From positions 31,428 through 95,427 of IMG/VR virus record IMGVR_UViG_3300005805_000054: a DNA stretch of 64,000 nt; one strand, given 5' to 3'. Shown piece by piece: positions 18,694 through 28,488 of the stretch; position 1 is the first letter of the stretch; every line of letters begins with the position of its first letter. Below the pieces are notes generated by a model. That model was not told where the DNA came from, did no database searches, and was given only the letters and a program-made list of their open reading frames with translations. A program made the position numbers and the translations under genes. Origin of the DNA: a virus. Lineage: Duplodnaviria; Heunggongvirae; Uroviricota; Caudoviricetes.

Positions 18694-19692
18694 ATGAACT
18701 ACGCACTAATTGATACTGCCAACACTTTTTTTCGTGCTAGACATGTTGCTTCACGCAATAGTACACCTGAGGAGAAGATAGGCATGGCACTACACTTGAC
18801 ACTTGCCTCAGTCAATCAGGCAGTACGAAAGTATTCAATTGACCACGTAGTATTTTGCTTAGAGGGTCGTTCGTTTCGTAAGGACCTCTATGCTCCATAC
18901 AAGAGGAATCGTATTGTGGATCAAATGTCAGTCACTGAGGAAGAAGCCGAAGAGTCAAAACTTTTTTGGGAAACTTACGAAAAGTTTACAACCTACATCA
19001 AAGAAAAGACCAACGTAAGTGTCCTTCGCCATGAACGTGCTGAGGCAGATGACATGATTGCCCGCTTCATTCACTTACATCCAGAAGACAACCACTACAT
19101 AATTTCAACAGATACAGATTACAACCAGTTGATTACTGATAAAGTAAAACAATTTAATGGGGTTACCGGTGAACTTGCAACACTAGAGGGCTACTTTAAA
19201 GAATCAGGTAAGCCTGTACTAGACAAGGAAAAGAAGCCTAAACTACTTGAAGATCCTGAATACTTATTATTTAAAAAATTGATCCGCGGTGATGCAGGAG
19301 ACAACGTATTTGCGTCATATCCGGGCGTGAGAGAAGTTGGTAGCAAGAACAAAGTCGGCATCAAAGAAGCATTTGAAGATCGCCACAAGCAAGGTTTTAA
19401 TTACAACAATTTTATGTTGCAACGTTATACCGACCATGAGGGCAATGAAGTTCGTGTTAAGGATGCGTTTGAAAGAAACCGTACCTTGATTGATTTGAAG
19501 GCACAGCCACAAGAAATCAAAGATGCAGTTGACCAACGCATTCGGGAAAGTGTCCGTGTTACAACCATTCCCCAAGTTGGCATTCACTTTATGAAATTCT
19601 GTGGTAAATATGAACTTACGAAAATCTCTGAGCAGGCTGAAACTTATTCTAAGTGGCTTAATTCACCGTATAAAGGCACGTTACATGAGTAA
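18694..19692 (+). CDS. rnh: RNase H / 5'-3' flap endonuclease (T4 rnh-like, FEN family)
   Basis: 332 aa; collinear with the recalled T4 RNase H: IDTANTFFRA, EADDMIARF...YIISTDTDYNQL, GDAGDNVFAS. Confidence 0.8.
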   Translation: MNYALIDTANTFFRARHVASRNSTPEEKIGMALHLTLASVNQAVRKYSIDHVVFCLEGRSFRKDLYAPYKRNRIVDQMSVTEEEAEESKLFWETYEKFTTYIKEKTNVSVLRHERAEADDMIARFIHLHPEDNHYIISTDTDYNQLITDKVKQFNGVTGELATLEGYFKESGKPVLDKEKKPKLLEDPEYLLFKKLIRGDAGDNVFASYPGVREVGSKNKVGIKEAFEDRHKQGFNYNNFMLQRYTDHEGNEVRVKDAFERNRTLIDLKAQPQEIKDAVDQRIRESVRVTTIPQVGIHFMKFCGKYELTKISEQAETYSKWLNSPYKGTLHE

Positions 19693-19921
19693 CGTTTTAC
19701 AAAAACAATTATACGCAGGTATACTTGCCGTGTTGAATGACCGAGATTCATACTACCAGTCTGGCATTGGTAAGAAGGGTGAATATAATCATTTCAACGA
19801 TAGTGGTAAAGAAGCTATAATGAATTTTGTTGAAACGTTTGCTCCATTAATGTTGAAGCAACAGAACTTAGAATTAGATGAACGTGCAAAAAAGATTATG
19901 TGGGAAGAATTGAAAAAATGA
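19685..19921 (+). CDS. hypothetical protein
   Basis: In-frame ATG overlapping the rnh stop (ATGAGTAA); 78 aa. Confidence 0.4.
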   Translation: MSNVLQKQLYAGILAVLNDRDSYYQSGIGKKGEYNHFNDSGKEAIMNFVETFAPLMLKQQNLELDERAKKIMWEELKK

Positions 19922-20145
19922 CATTCACTACACCAGAAAATCGTTTCAAACGTATTAGTGATAGTGACCAACACTTTTACATGAATGATGGCATCAAAAT
20001 AGTACCACGTGCTTCCATTGAAGTTAATCAAAACATCCCTTATAATTATAAACTGATTATATCTGAATGTATGGAAAGAGGTTGGGTTAAGCCAGTAGCA
20101 CATGTAAAGACCAAAGAACTGTTCTGGGAAGTGTTAGGAGATTGA
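19918..20145 (+). CDS. hypothetical protein
   Basis: ATGA start/stop overlap with the previous ORF; 75 aa. Confidence 0.4.
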   Translation: MTFTTPENRFKRISDSDQHFYMNDGIKIVPRASIEVNQNIPYNYKLIISECMERGWVKPVAHVKTKELFWEVLGD

Positions 20146-20146
20146 T

Positions 20147-20380
20147 ATGAACGACAAAGACATGAACAACATTCTGTTTATCCTCAACAGAAGCCAAGAA
20201 GAACTAGAAGCATGGTGGCATGGCATGGATCCTGAGGATCAAGAATATGCTATGTGGATCATCAAATCATATCGTGAAGAACTTGTACGTATGCAAGAAA
20301 CGTATGAGGACCTATGCCCAATAGATCAGAAAGAGGATTTATCAATTGCTAAAAACTATTTGAAAAAGTTTCAACTATGA
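20147..20380 (+). CDS. hypothetical protein
   Basis: 77 aa ORF in a tightly packed same-strand array. Confidence 0.4.
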   Translation: MNDKDMNNILFILNRSQEELEAWWHGMDPEDQEYAMWIIKSYREELVRMQETYEDLCPIDQKEDLSIAKNYLKKFQL

Positions 20381-20841
20381 AGAAAGTTTATTATGAAAAA
20401 ATTGGACGTAGATATCATCCTGTGGCTGAGTATGATAACAATCTTTTGGACAGTTTCCCTAAAGGTGCTCACTTGGTCCTCTGTTACCCGGGAGGATCCA
20501 GCCGTAGGTTTAACGTGGAACCTAATCATGCCGCGATGATTGCCGCAGGTAGAGTAGCAGAAGAAAAAATATCAGAAGTTATTCGTAAGGCTAGTGAACT
20601 GAAACCACAACGTGCGCCCTTAACACCCAACCAACATAAAGCTTGGAAAAAACTAGCAAAAGAGTTTGGTGACGAACTTTGTATGTTGCAAGGCGCAAGT
20701 ACACGTGATATTGCCGAAGCTGGGGTAAAGGCTATGATAGAAGAGGCTGAAAAACTTATGGCAAACCCTGCAGTGAAGAAAGCATATGAACATTTTATGT
20801 TAGTATGTGAATTAACCAAAGAACATAATGAAATCACGTGA
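20377..20841 (+). CDS. hypothetical protein
   Basis: 154 aa ORF; overlapping start/stop coupling. Confidence 0.45.
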   Translation: MKKVYYEKIGRRYHPVAEYDNNLLDSFPKGAHLVLCYPGGSSRRFNVEPNHAAMIAAGRVAEEKISEVIRKASELKPQRAPLTPNQHKAWKKLAKEFGDELCMLQGASTRDIAEAGVKAMIEEAEKLMANPAVKKAYEHFMLVCELTKEHNEIT

Positions 20842-21124
20842 AGAAATTATTACTGATATGTGTTACACATATCGTCATGATTATGGTTTAGACAAGGATC
20901 CCGATGATCCTCCCTGGACAGCAGGCATGACACCTGATGAGCGTAAAGGTCTGTATAATACCATGAGTCAAATCTTTGAACATAACATTGAACCAATGTT
21001 GAATCAATATAATGATTTAAACGAAGGTAATAGTGTTGTCCTACCCAAAGATAAAGAACATGCTGAAGCTATGGTAAGAATTGGTATGTTTTATTTGGAG
21101 CAAAAGAATGGCAAGCCTAGCTGA
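20828..21124 (+). CDS. hypothetical protein
   Basis: 98 aa ORF. Confidence 0.4.
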   Translation: MKSREEIITDMCYTYRHDYGLDKDPDDPPWTAGMTPDERKGLYNTMSQIFEHNIEPMLNQYNDLNEGNSVVLPKDKEHAEAMVRIGMFYLEQKNGKPS

Positions 21125-21383
21125 TTATTTTGAAAAGAATCGTTATAAGCCTAAATATGAGTTTATGGCTAGGGTAACTGGTATGTATGGTAAAATCAGA
21201 TGGATTGGTAGTGTAGGGAATGACACTGTTATTAGTGAACAGCGTGGACCCGAACTACATATTCATTTGGATTTACCATTAAAGATTGACGGAAAGTATA
21301 CTAGTGTGTTAGTATGTACACACAAGGGCGTAACACGATTAACTAATTTTGATGACGAACCTTCAACAAAGAAAAAGAAATAA
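21108..21383 (+). CDS. hypothetical protein
   Basis: ORF 21081..21383; internal ATG at 21108 is the more likely start. Confidence 0.35.
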   Translation: MASLADYFEKNRYKPKYEFMARVTGMYGKIRWIGSVGNDTVISEQRGPELHIHLDLPLKIDGKYTSVLVCTHKGVTRLTNFDDEPSTKKKK

Positions 21384-21385
21384 CT

Positions 21386-21853
21386 ATGACTGATAAATCA
21401 CTAATTGCAAAACCTGTAGTTAAAAATCAATTTTGGATTGTTACTGACGGAGATGAAAAAGTCGGTAATGTGTTGGCAGACGGATCAGGCTTTGAAGTGA
21501 AGCTAAACGGTAACAAAACACATTACAAGAATACAAAAGCAATTGAGCGCATTACTAACATTAAGTTTGAGAATGTAGGTAAGTTTAAAACTACTGTAAA
21601 AGACTTGCCATTTAGTGAGTATCCTACAACTGCAAAGATATATAACAGTATGCTGGATGTGAAGCGTAAACTACATTTGTTTACAAAAACTGTAAAAAGC
21701 AAGTGTTATTATGCCGCAGGATGGTATACAGTTAAGCAAGGTGCTGAAAGTAAAGCAATTTTCTGCCCTAAATACATCTTTATTCAGCGTTATGAGTACA
21801 CCGGACCCTATAAAACTAAGTCCGAGGCAGAAAATGTGCTAAATAGTATATGA
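21386..21853 (+). CDS. hypothetical protein
   Basis: 155 aa ORF. Confidence 0.45.
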   Translation: MTDKSLIAKPVVKNQFWIVTDGDEKVGNVLADGSGFEVKLNGNKTHYKNTKAIERITNIKFENVGKFKTTVKDLPFSEYPTTAKIYNSMLDVKRKLHLFTKTVKSKCYYAAGWYTVKQGAESKAIFCPKYIFIQRYEYTGPYKTKSEAENVLNSI

Positions 21854-22059
21854 TTATAATAAAACGTTTTATTGATAGAGTATCAGCTAGTGAGAGTAAA
21901 ACCGGAACAAACGTGATTCTTCCTATGGAAGAAGCAAGAATGTTGCGTGATGAACTAGCAAAACTACTGTCAGATAATTACGATTTATTAAACAACAAAA
22001 AGGAATCCATTGACAATACGGTAATTCAAGTTGAAGTCAATGGTGGTAAATGGTCATGA
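21850..22059 (+). CDS. hypothetical protein
   Basis: 69 aa ORF with ATGA overlap. Confidence 0.35.
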   Translation: MIIIKRFIDRVSASESKTGTNVILPMEEARMLRDELAKLLSDNYDLLNNKKESIDNTVIQVEVNGGKWS

Positions 22060-22349
22060 GTAGAACACAACCTAAATTATTATTAGAGATTGTAGATAAA
22101 GTTACATATAAATGTGACCAGATCGTAGAAGCTTCAGGCATATGGGCAGTATTTTATGACAATCAACCTATCAATCTAAAATCACAACATTATCAGGATC
22201 CTGATGCTACGCCTAAATATAAAAAGACTAGCTTCAGTAATCCAGGTCATGCTAGAAATCTTTGCCGTAAACTCAATGCTCAATTCAAAACAGACAAGTT
22301 CACAGTTGTCTTTATGAATCAAGGTACTTGTGTTTATCCAGATGAGTGA
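22050..22349 (+). CDS. hypothetical protein
   Basis: 99 aa ORF. Confidence 0.4.
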   Translation: MVMSRTQPKLLLEIVDKVTYKCDQIVEASGIWAVFYDNQPINLKSQHYQDPDATPKYKKTSFSNPGHARNLCRKLNAQFKTDKFTVVFMNQGTCVYPDE

Positions 22350-22749
22350 CAGAAAATCTTTAAAACAAATCATTACTGAAGCTGTGGCAAAAGAGTTGCC
22401 ACACGAATTGAACGAAGAAAAGTCTACACCAGCAGATGACTTATTATTTAAGTGGTGGCAGACCGGTAGGGGTGAGGGACTTAGATTAACCGACTACGGT
22501 GATTTAGCATTCAGAATGGCTGAGATAGAATTCTATCAATACGACCTAGCAACAAGACCAGCCGATGGATACTATTCATGGGTAATGGAACTCAACAAGA
22601 AAATCAAATGCCCCTACTATATGGGGGTAAATAAAGATGGAAAGAAAAGTAAACCATTCATTAGATTCTATGATAGTAAAATCGCTATGATGGTGAGTTT
22701 ATATGGAAATGTGAATGAATACTTAGATTCAATAAAGGTAAGAAAATGA
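22330..22749 (+). CDS. hypothetical protein
   Basis: 139 aa ORF. Confidence 0.45.
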   Translation: MFIQMSDRKSLKQIITEAVAKELPHELNEEKSTPADDLLFKWWQTGRGEGLRLTDYGDLAFRMAEIEFYQYDLATRPADGYYSWVMELNKKIKCPYYMGVNKDGKKSKPFIRFYDSKIAMMVSLYGNVNEYLDSIKVRK

Positions 22750-22913
22750 CAGAAGAAAAGAAAAGTTCAAATCCATTTATCAACATGGCTAACGAAGCTA
22801 AAAAGAAAAATGCACCAATGATTACTGGAAAGAAAAGTGAGCAGAAAGCTCCTAAGCCTAGCAAGGGCTTTGGTGGTGCGTCAGTGGTTCGTAGAACCGG
22901 GCGTGGTGGTTAA
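22746..22913 (+). CDS. small Lys/Gly-rich hypothetical protein
   Basis: 55 aa; ATGA overlap with upstream ORF; ends RRTGRGG*. Confidence 0.3.
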   Translation: MTEEKKSSNPFINMANEAKKKNAPMITGKKSEQKAPKPSKGFGGASVVRRTGRGG

Positions 22914-23401
22914 TACCAAACACCCTCATTACGCATACGTCGGATAGTGTATAGGTAAGTGCTACATATAGCATAGCATCGTACATTTACCATACTGAGT
23001 AAACTGCGGTCATTTATCTCTGGTAAAAACATAACACTATTTGCGTTGATAGGTACTGTGCCCGGAGTAATCAATTTACCATTGCTAGCAGTAGCATATG
23101 GTGGAGGTGGAGTGCTTGCGTCAAAATGAAAATAGTTTGGATATAATGTGCTTGGTTGAGTCGCAATCCAAGTTTGCATATCCGTGTTAACTGCATTAAT
23201 GTAAAATCTATTACCCTGTATATACTTCTCAGTGACTTCAATTAGAGGTTGACCATTACCTACATACAGTTTGTTGTTTATTCTCCAAACATCAATTAAA
23301 CAGGAAAACCCCTTTTGTTGGGCTTTACTTATTTGTTTGGGCGTATTGGCATCTTCATAATCTTTGCCATCGTAGATTCCTTGATAAGATATATAGAACA
23401 T
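22910..23401 (-). CDS. hypothetical protein (Tyr/Pro/Asn-rich)
   Basis: 163 aa minus-strand ORF, convergent with the plus-strand array. Confidence 0.45.
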   Translation of the reverse strand: MFYISYQGIYDGKDYEDANTPKQISKAQQKGFSCLIDVWRINNKLYVGNGQPLIEVTEKYIQGNRFYINAVNTDMQTWIATQPSTLYPNYFHFDASTPPPPYATASNGKLITPGTVPINANSVMFLPEINDRSLLSMVNVRCYAICSTYLYTIRRMRNEGVWY

Positions 23402-23490
23402 ATTGTATTTATGTCAACGGAATCAATAGCTAATGCGTTATATATATGTAGACATTGAAATCTACTTCATTAACTTAAAGGAAACTTAAA

Positions 23491-23754
23491 ATGAAAACAT
23501 TAGCAATCGCCCTTATCGCTACATTATCCGTAGCAACAGCAATGGCTCAGGCCACTGCCGCAAAACCAGCAACAACTGCTACGGCAGCTACAGCACCGGC
23601 TGCACCTGCTAAGGCAGAAGCACCAAAAGAAGAAATGAAGTTGGCTAAGAAGAAGGAAGACAAGAAGGCAGATGCCACTAAAAGTGCCCCTGCCAAGACA
23701 CAAGCGGCTACAGCAACAACTGCTCCGAAAGCAGACGCCAAGCCAGCTAAGTGA
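23491..23754 (+). CDS. secreted Ala/Thr/Pro/Lys low-complexity protein
   Basis: 87 aa; signal peptide MKTLAIALIATLSVATAMAQA; then AKPATTATAATAPAAPAKAEAPK... repeats; RBS AAGGAAA. Confidence 0.5.
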   Translation: MKTLAIALIATLSVATAMAQATAAKPATTATAATAPAAPAKAEAPKEEMKLAKKKEDKKADATKSAPAKTQAATATTAPKADAKPAK

Positions 23755-23959
23755 AGTAGATGATGACGATTGCTACGAGATAGTTGATTTAGACTTGCAT
23801 CGTAGTTATGGTCGCCCAAAGCTAATCCATACTAATCTATGGGATGATGATGAAGAATTACCCAAACATATCACCGATAGATTAGCTATAATTAGAGAGA
23901 AGGCTCTACAAAAATATAGAGAAGTTATGTTATAATGTCTCTACAGGTGATAAATACTT

Positions 23960-24295
23960 GTGAAGTTAGGGGTTCTTCATAAAAACCCAATTTTTAAACA
24001 CACACATAGGAGATATAAAATGTTTAACACAGCAACTTACGCCTTTATTGACGGCGTTTCAGACTTCAAAAAGAAATTCGTAGAACAAACAGTTCAACAC
24101 GAAGGCATCAAAAATGCAATGAATTCATTCGTTGATGCACAAGCAAAATATACTAAGTCAGCCGCAGATGCAGGAATGCAATCAATGATGGCTTTGGGTA
24201 TGATTTTCAGTAGCAAAGATTTCTACACACAATTAGCTGACCAGTATAAAGCAATGGTTCCGGCTTTCAATACAAACAAAACTAAGGCTAAGTAA
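23960..24295 (+). CDS. hypothetical protein
   Basis: 111 aa ORF with AGGAG RBS. Confidence 0.45.
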   Translation: MKLGVLHKNPIFKHTHRRYKMFNTATYAFIDGVSDFKKKFVEQTVQHEGIKNAMNSFVDAQAKYTKSAADAGMQSMMALGMIFSSKDFYTQLADQYKAMVPAFNTNKTKAK

Positions 24296-24669
24296 TTATG
24301 AAACTTTTAGGAATGCTAATAGCGTTCCTAGGTTTCTCTACGGACACCTACGGAACAGAGCTAGAAAAATACATTGTAGGACAGAATCCACAAAATGCAG
24401 GCGACATTGAGCGATTAACCTACGAGTTCCATCGCAAACAATCTGATTGGAGATTTCTATGAAAAAAATGTTCACACAATTTTATGATTTTTTACTAAGT
24501 TGGGGAGAGGTACTATATGAATATCGCAAAGCTAACGGAACTAAAAACTATTACTAATTGGTGGCCCGTCTCGGATGAAGAGTGGGAACGTTTAAATTTT
24601 CCCGAAAGATTTGAACAACCTAAAAAAATATTTTATACTATATAAACATTAACACACTAAGGAAATAAA

Positions 24670-24942
24670 ATGACAGACTTTACACCAAAAATGCCAGAAG
24701 TTAAATTTAACAAAAATGGCTATGAGCTACGCACTGATATATTAGCTATGGCTAAAGATATGGTTCAATCAGAGTATTCTATGAAATTTCATGGTTGGGA
24801 AATGAGCGCCAAGCGTGATGAGAAGACCAATCAGATCGTTAGCACAGTTGAAATGCCACAGTTTCCGGGCCTAGACAGGATTCTTGAAACTGCTGAAAAG
24901 ATGTACGGCTTTGTTAATCAAAGCACACAGTCTAAAAAGTAA
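24670..24942 (+). CDS. hypothetical protein
   Basis: 90 aa ORF; RBS AAGGAAA; followed by an intrinsic terminator. Confidence 0.45.
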   Translation: MTDFTPKMPEVKFNKNGYELRTDILAMAKDMVQSEYSMKFHGWEMSAKRDEKTNQIVSTVEMPQFPGLDRILETAEKMYGFVNQSTQSKK

Positions 24943-24960
24943 TACTTTTAGTTTTAATAA

Positions 24961-24988
24961 AAAGCCCCAATAATTGGGGCTTTTTTGT
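24961..24988 (+). terminator. rho-independent terminator
   Basis: aaagccccaataattggggcttttttgtg: 8-bp GC stem plus T-tract. Confidence 0.7.
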
Positions 24989-24997
24989 GCCTAAAAT

Positions 24998-25026
24998 TTG
25001 ACAATAAATGGGTAATAGCGTATAAT
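24998..25026 (+). promoter_or_regulatory. early promoter cassette copy (TTGACAATAAATGG-N-TATAAT)
   Basis: TTGACA 24998-25003, TATAAT 25021-25026, 17-bp spacer. Confidence 0.6.
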
Positions 25027-25057
25027 CTATACATAGATTGAAACAAAGGAGTTCGAA

Positions 25058-25306
25058 ATGAAATTTAAAATTCTGTACACTAGCCCAGTTTTCAAAAACG
25101 CTGATGGTTCTGGTCGTCAATTCATGATTCCCTTGAACGCAATCAAAACATATGCAAAGCGTGATGCCGCACTGATGGCAATGATGGAAATGGGTGGCAT
25201 CCATGCTACCCTGACTACTGAATTCATGGCACATCGCAGGACTATGATGTCCGCAAAGCGTAAAATTGAACGTGAAGGTTGGTTCTGCGATACAGTGTCG
25301 GCCTAA
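25058..25306 (+). CDS. hypothetical protein
   Basis: 82 aa; AAGGAG RBS. Confidence 0.45.
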   Translation: MKFKILYTSPVFKNADGSGRQFMIPLNAIKTYAKRDAALMAMMEMGGIHATLTTEFMAHRRTMMSAKRKIEREGWFCDTVSA

Positions 25307-25309
25307 AGG

Positions 25310-25338
25310 TTGACAATAAATCGGTTCGAGTATATAAT
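25310..25338 (+). promoter_or_regulatory. early promoter cassette copy
   Basis: TTGACAATAAATCGG...TATATAATAGAATCTTAAACAGT; TTGACA 25310-25315, TATAAT 25333-25338. Confidence 0.65.
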
Positions 25339-25371
25339 AGAATCTTAAACAGTTAAACAACGGAGTTAAAC

Positions 25372-25629
25372 ATGAAAGCATTAAAAGCATATATCGACAA
25401 GAAGAATCAGTGGAACGCTATTTTCAAAGGTCGTCAATATGAAATCCAAACTTCTAAAGGTCGTCAAGAAGTTGCTGCCTGCATCGATGCTGATCTTAGC
25501 CCCGAGAATTTGACTTGTGATGGCGAATTGCCCCGTAGTCAGGTTCAAGCTAAGTATCGTTCATTGACTAGTGCGGCACGTGATTTGCAAAAGTTGGACC
25601 CATCTGTTAAGTTTTACGAATTCGCTTAA
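25372..25629 (+). CDS. hypothetical protein
   Basis: 85 aa; RBS ACGGAG. Confidence 0.45.
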   Translation: MKALKAYIDKKNQWNAIFKGRQYEIQTSKGRQEVAACIDADLSPENLTCDGELPRSQVQAKYRSLTSAARDLQKLDPSVKFYEFA

Positions 25630-25638
25630 GGAGTAGTT

Positions 25639-26295
25639 ATGGCTCGCTATCAGAAACCTGTAGTCAATTACAATGCTGATGATGTGTGGGGTGCGGCAGT
25701 TGCGGCACAACGCATCAATGGTAAGTATGTTAAACTGGGCATGATTTCCGAATCTGATCCTGCTATCAATCGACAATCTAACCGACAGATTGTGAACAGT
25801 TTTTTAGCTGACCCATTCACTATCACCGACGAGGATCGTGTACAGGGGAAACAGGTTCGTACTTTCTTTCAAGCATACACTTTCAAAATCTTGCAGGGTA
25901 AGGCACTTAGTGAATTCAACAACACCGCAATGTTGATTTCCAATCGTGATGTAATTACCAGTGAATATGATGTTGCAGTCATTACAAGTTTGCCATCAAG
26001 CTATGAGCGTGGTGTTAAACAACAAACAGTTGACCAGCGTATCAATTTTGCACGTGGTGGTTATGTCGGCACAGTTGGTAATAAAATTCAAGTTGCTAAT
26101 GTCGAAGTATTGAAATGTATATATTCTGAAAAGTGGGGAACACATTTTGCTACTTGTATTACTAGTGAAGACCAAGTGTTGTTCTTTGCTATTAAAAATA
26201 AATTAGAAGTTGGTAATACAATTTCTATTCAAGGCACTGTGAAGGCACAGCGCAACCCTAATACAACACAACTTAATCGTGTAAAGGTGATATAA
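25639..26295 (+). CDS. hypothetical protein
   Basis: 218 aa; RBS AAGGAG. Confidence 0.5.
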   Translation: MARYQKPVVNYNADDVWGAAVAAQRINGKYVKLGMISESDPAINRQSNRQIVNSFLADPFTITDEDRVQGKQVRTFFQAYTFKILQGKALSEFNNTAMLISNRDVITSEYDVAVITSLPSSYERGVKQQTVDQRINFARGGYVGTVGNKIQVANVEVLKCIYSEKWGTHFATCITSEDQVLFFAIKNKLEVGNTISIQGTVKAQRNPNTTQLNRVKVI

Positions 26296-26477
26296 TGAAT
26301 ACAGTAGTTTGGATTATGGTCATGTTTACATACGGTAGTAATGTTAACACCGGCTCTGAATTTTCTAGTTTAGAGAAGTGTCAACGTGCCGCTGATGTGA
26401 TTACACAATCAGCAAATGACAGAATGACTATTATTAGTGGTATTCGTAAACCCTGGTGTGTAAGGATTGAAAAATGA
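26295..26477 (+). CDS. small membrane protein
   Basis: 60 aa; TM segment NTVVWIMVMFTYG; ATGA overlaps at both ends. Confidence 0.4.
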   Translation: MNTVVWIMVMFTYGSNVNTGSEFSSLEKCQRAADVITQSANDRMTIISGIRKPWCVRIEK

Positions 26478-26701
26478 ACGAACGAATTCGAGAACTGGCT
26501 GAACAGGCTGGTTGTGATTGGTGGGAAGGCAGGGCACAACGAGATATGACTCGTTGTGATACCGAATTACAAAAGTTCGCCGAGTTGATTGTTCGGGAAT
26601 GTATTGCTCAGTGTGAGAAAAATGCAGAGAACGAATGGTTGGGTTCTGGTAGCAAGTTAAGTGCATTTAATATTAAAGAACATTTCGGAGTTGAAGAATG
26701 A
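26474..26701 (+). CDS. MNERIRE-family small protein (paralog 1)
   Basis: MNERIRELAEQAG...KFAELIVRECIAQC...KEHFGVEE; the 3' GGAGTTGAAGAATGA overlaps the next start. Confidence 0.6.
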   Translation: MNERIRELAEQAGCDWWEGRAQRDMTRCDTELQKFAELIVRECIAQCEKNAENEWLGSGSKLSAFNIKEHFGVEE

Positions 26702-26943
26702 ACGAACGAATTAGAAAACTTGCTGAACAGGCTGGTGCAGTTTTTACTGATGTTCATGCAGTCTCATTGTTAGACGATGAGATAGAAAAGTTCGCCGAGT
26801 TGATTGTGAAAGAATGTGCTGGTATTGCTGATGGGTTGTCCAAACTATATCCGCGAACCGATGTAGGGTTTGATGTTGGATATACTATGGGCACAACAAG
26901 GGCGACAAAAGAGATTAAAGAACATTTCGGAGTTGAAGAATGA
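26698..26943 (+). CDS. MNERIRE-family small protein (paralog 2)
   Basis: MNERIRKLAEQAG...KFAELIVKECAG...KEHFGVEE; tandem to paralog 1. Confidence 0.6.
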   Translation: MNERIRKLAEQAGAVFTDVHAVSLLDDEIEKFAELIVKECAGIADGLSKLYPRTDVGFDVGYTMGTTRATKEIKEHFGVEE

Positions 26944-27068
26944 CTAAATTTTTAGTAGGTTTTATTCTTGGTATTGTCGTATCGACAGTTGGCTTTAGTG
27001 GTATCGCTAAAATGGCTGACAACGGTGTAAACAAAGTTAAAGAAGTAACGCAGGAACAGGTGAAATAA

Positions 27069-27497
27069 ATGGGCTTAGATATGTATGCTTATGTTGCCAG
27101 CAGAAAAGGACAACAAGATGAATTTTATGAAACTGCCGAGTTTGATAAAACAGTTAATGAGTTTGTAAGCAAGACAGTTAACAAGCCACACGAACTTGCT
27201 TATTGGCGTAAACATCCTAACTTGCATGGTTGGATGGAAAGTCTTTGGATTAGTAAAGGCAAACCTGGTACAGGTAATACTGATGCTGTTTTCAATGGCA
27301 TTGAACTTGAACTAACTTGGGATGACTTGGATGAACTTGAACGAGCTATTCGTCATGGTCAACTCCCAGACACATCAGGTTTCTTCTTTGGTAAGCCGGC
27401 AGACAATCATTACTATAAACAAGACCTTGAGTTTGTAAACAACGCTAAGGCAGAAGTGTTCTTAGGCTTGAAAGTATTTTACAATAGTAGCTGGTAA
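27069..27497 (+). CDS. hypothetical protein
   Basis: 142 aa ORF. Confidence 0.45.
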   Translation: MGLDMYAYVASRKGQQDEFYETAEFDKTVNEFVSKTVNKPHELAYWRKHPNLHGWMESLWISKGKPGTGNTDAVFNGIELELTWDDLDELERAIRHGQLPDTSGFFFGKPADNHYYKQDLEFVNNAKAEVFLGLKVFYNSSW

Positions 27498-27758
27498 TGT
27501 ATATCACCAACAAGTACGATTCAATCAGACTGCCTTATAGTGAAGAACTGTTAGAGTGGCTGATTGAAACTTATCCTTTTTCACAGTATATGGTGGTAGA
27601 ATGAAAGAAGAAAAATTCAAACAGTTGGTTGATGAAATCGAAGAATTTATCGGTGGGCACAATCAAAGTAATCCGCACTATTTGTTTGATGAAGAAATCA
27701 TCAAAGCATTTTCACACTACAAAAAGAAACATGTTAAGAAAGCATTAGAGGAATTGCG

Positions 27759-28088
27759 ATGAACGATAATATCAAAGCTGGCGGAGACATTCACGCAGGT
27801 GATGGTGGCTATAGTATAGGCACACAAGAAAAGTATGACGAGTTTGTCAAAGGTCGCAACCAATCATTGGGCAAGATGCGAATTCGACAACTTGCTGAAC
27901 AGTCTACTACTTACATTGAGCCTACATCTAACAGTGGTGAGGGTTGGATCTTTGACAAAGAAAAGTTCGCCGAGTTGATTGTTCGGGAGTGTGCCGACCT
28001 GTGTGACAGGTTTCAAGCAAGAGATGTAGGTATGCAACCTGCAGAATGTGCCGGTGCTATTCGTAAAATGTTTGGAGTTAAAGAATGA
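27759..28088 (+). CDS. MNERIRE-family protein with N-terminal extension (paralog 3)
   Basis: ...MRIRQLAEQS...KFAELIVRECADLC...RKMFGVKE; 3' GGAGTTAAAGAATGA couples to the next ORF. Confidence 0.55.
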   Translation: MNDNIKAGGDIHAGDGGYSIGTQEKYDEFVKGRNQSLGKMRIRQLAEQSTTYIEPTSNSGEGWIFDKEKFAELIVRECADLCDRFQARDVGMQPAECAGAIRKMFGVKE

Positions 28089-28480
28089 ACCTAACATATC
28101 ATAGCAAAAACAAGTTGATGCAGACTTTTGCACATTGGCGTGTGCCTAAAGAGTTTGCCGATCCAATGTTTAACTACCTTGTGCATGGATATAGTCCCGG
28201 TAGTTGTTTCACAAGTGTCCTGGCTAATGATTTTGCAAGTGCAATCTCACGCAGTCATCCATCTAATACTATTGAAGCATTAAAGACTTTGGTCGGTTGG
28301 ATTCGTGATACTATGCCTATTGAAGCCTATGGCAGTTATGAAAAGGTATCAGGTTGGAGCCGTATTAATCCGGAACAGCGTAGAATTATTTTGGAACACA
28401 ACAATTTAATTTTTACTAGCAAGGAAGAAGTAATTAAAATTCTGAAGGATGAACCTTCAGTTGAGCCCGTATTATATTAA
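28085..28480 (+). CDS. hypothetical protein
   Basis: 131 aa ORF. Confidence 0.45.
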   Translation: MNLTYHSKNKLMQTFAHWRVPKEFADPMFNYLVHGYSPGSCFTSVLANDFASAISRSHPSNTIEALKTLVGWIRDTMPIEAYGSYEKVSGWSRINPEQRRIILEHNNLIFTSKEEVIKILKDEPSVEPVLY

Positions 28481-28488
28481 GGAAACAT

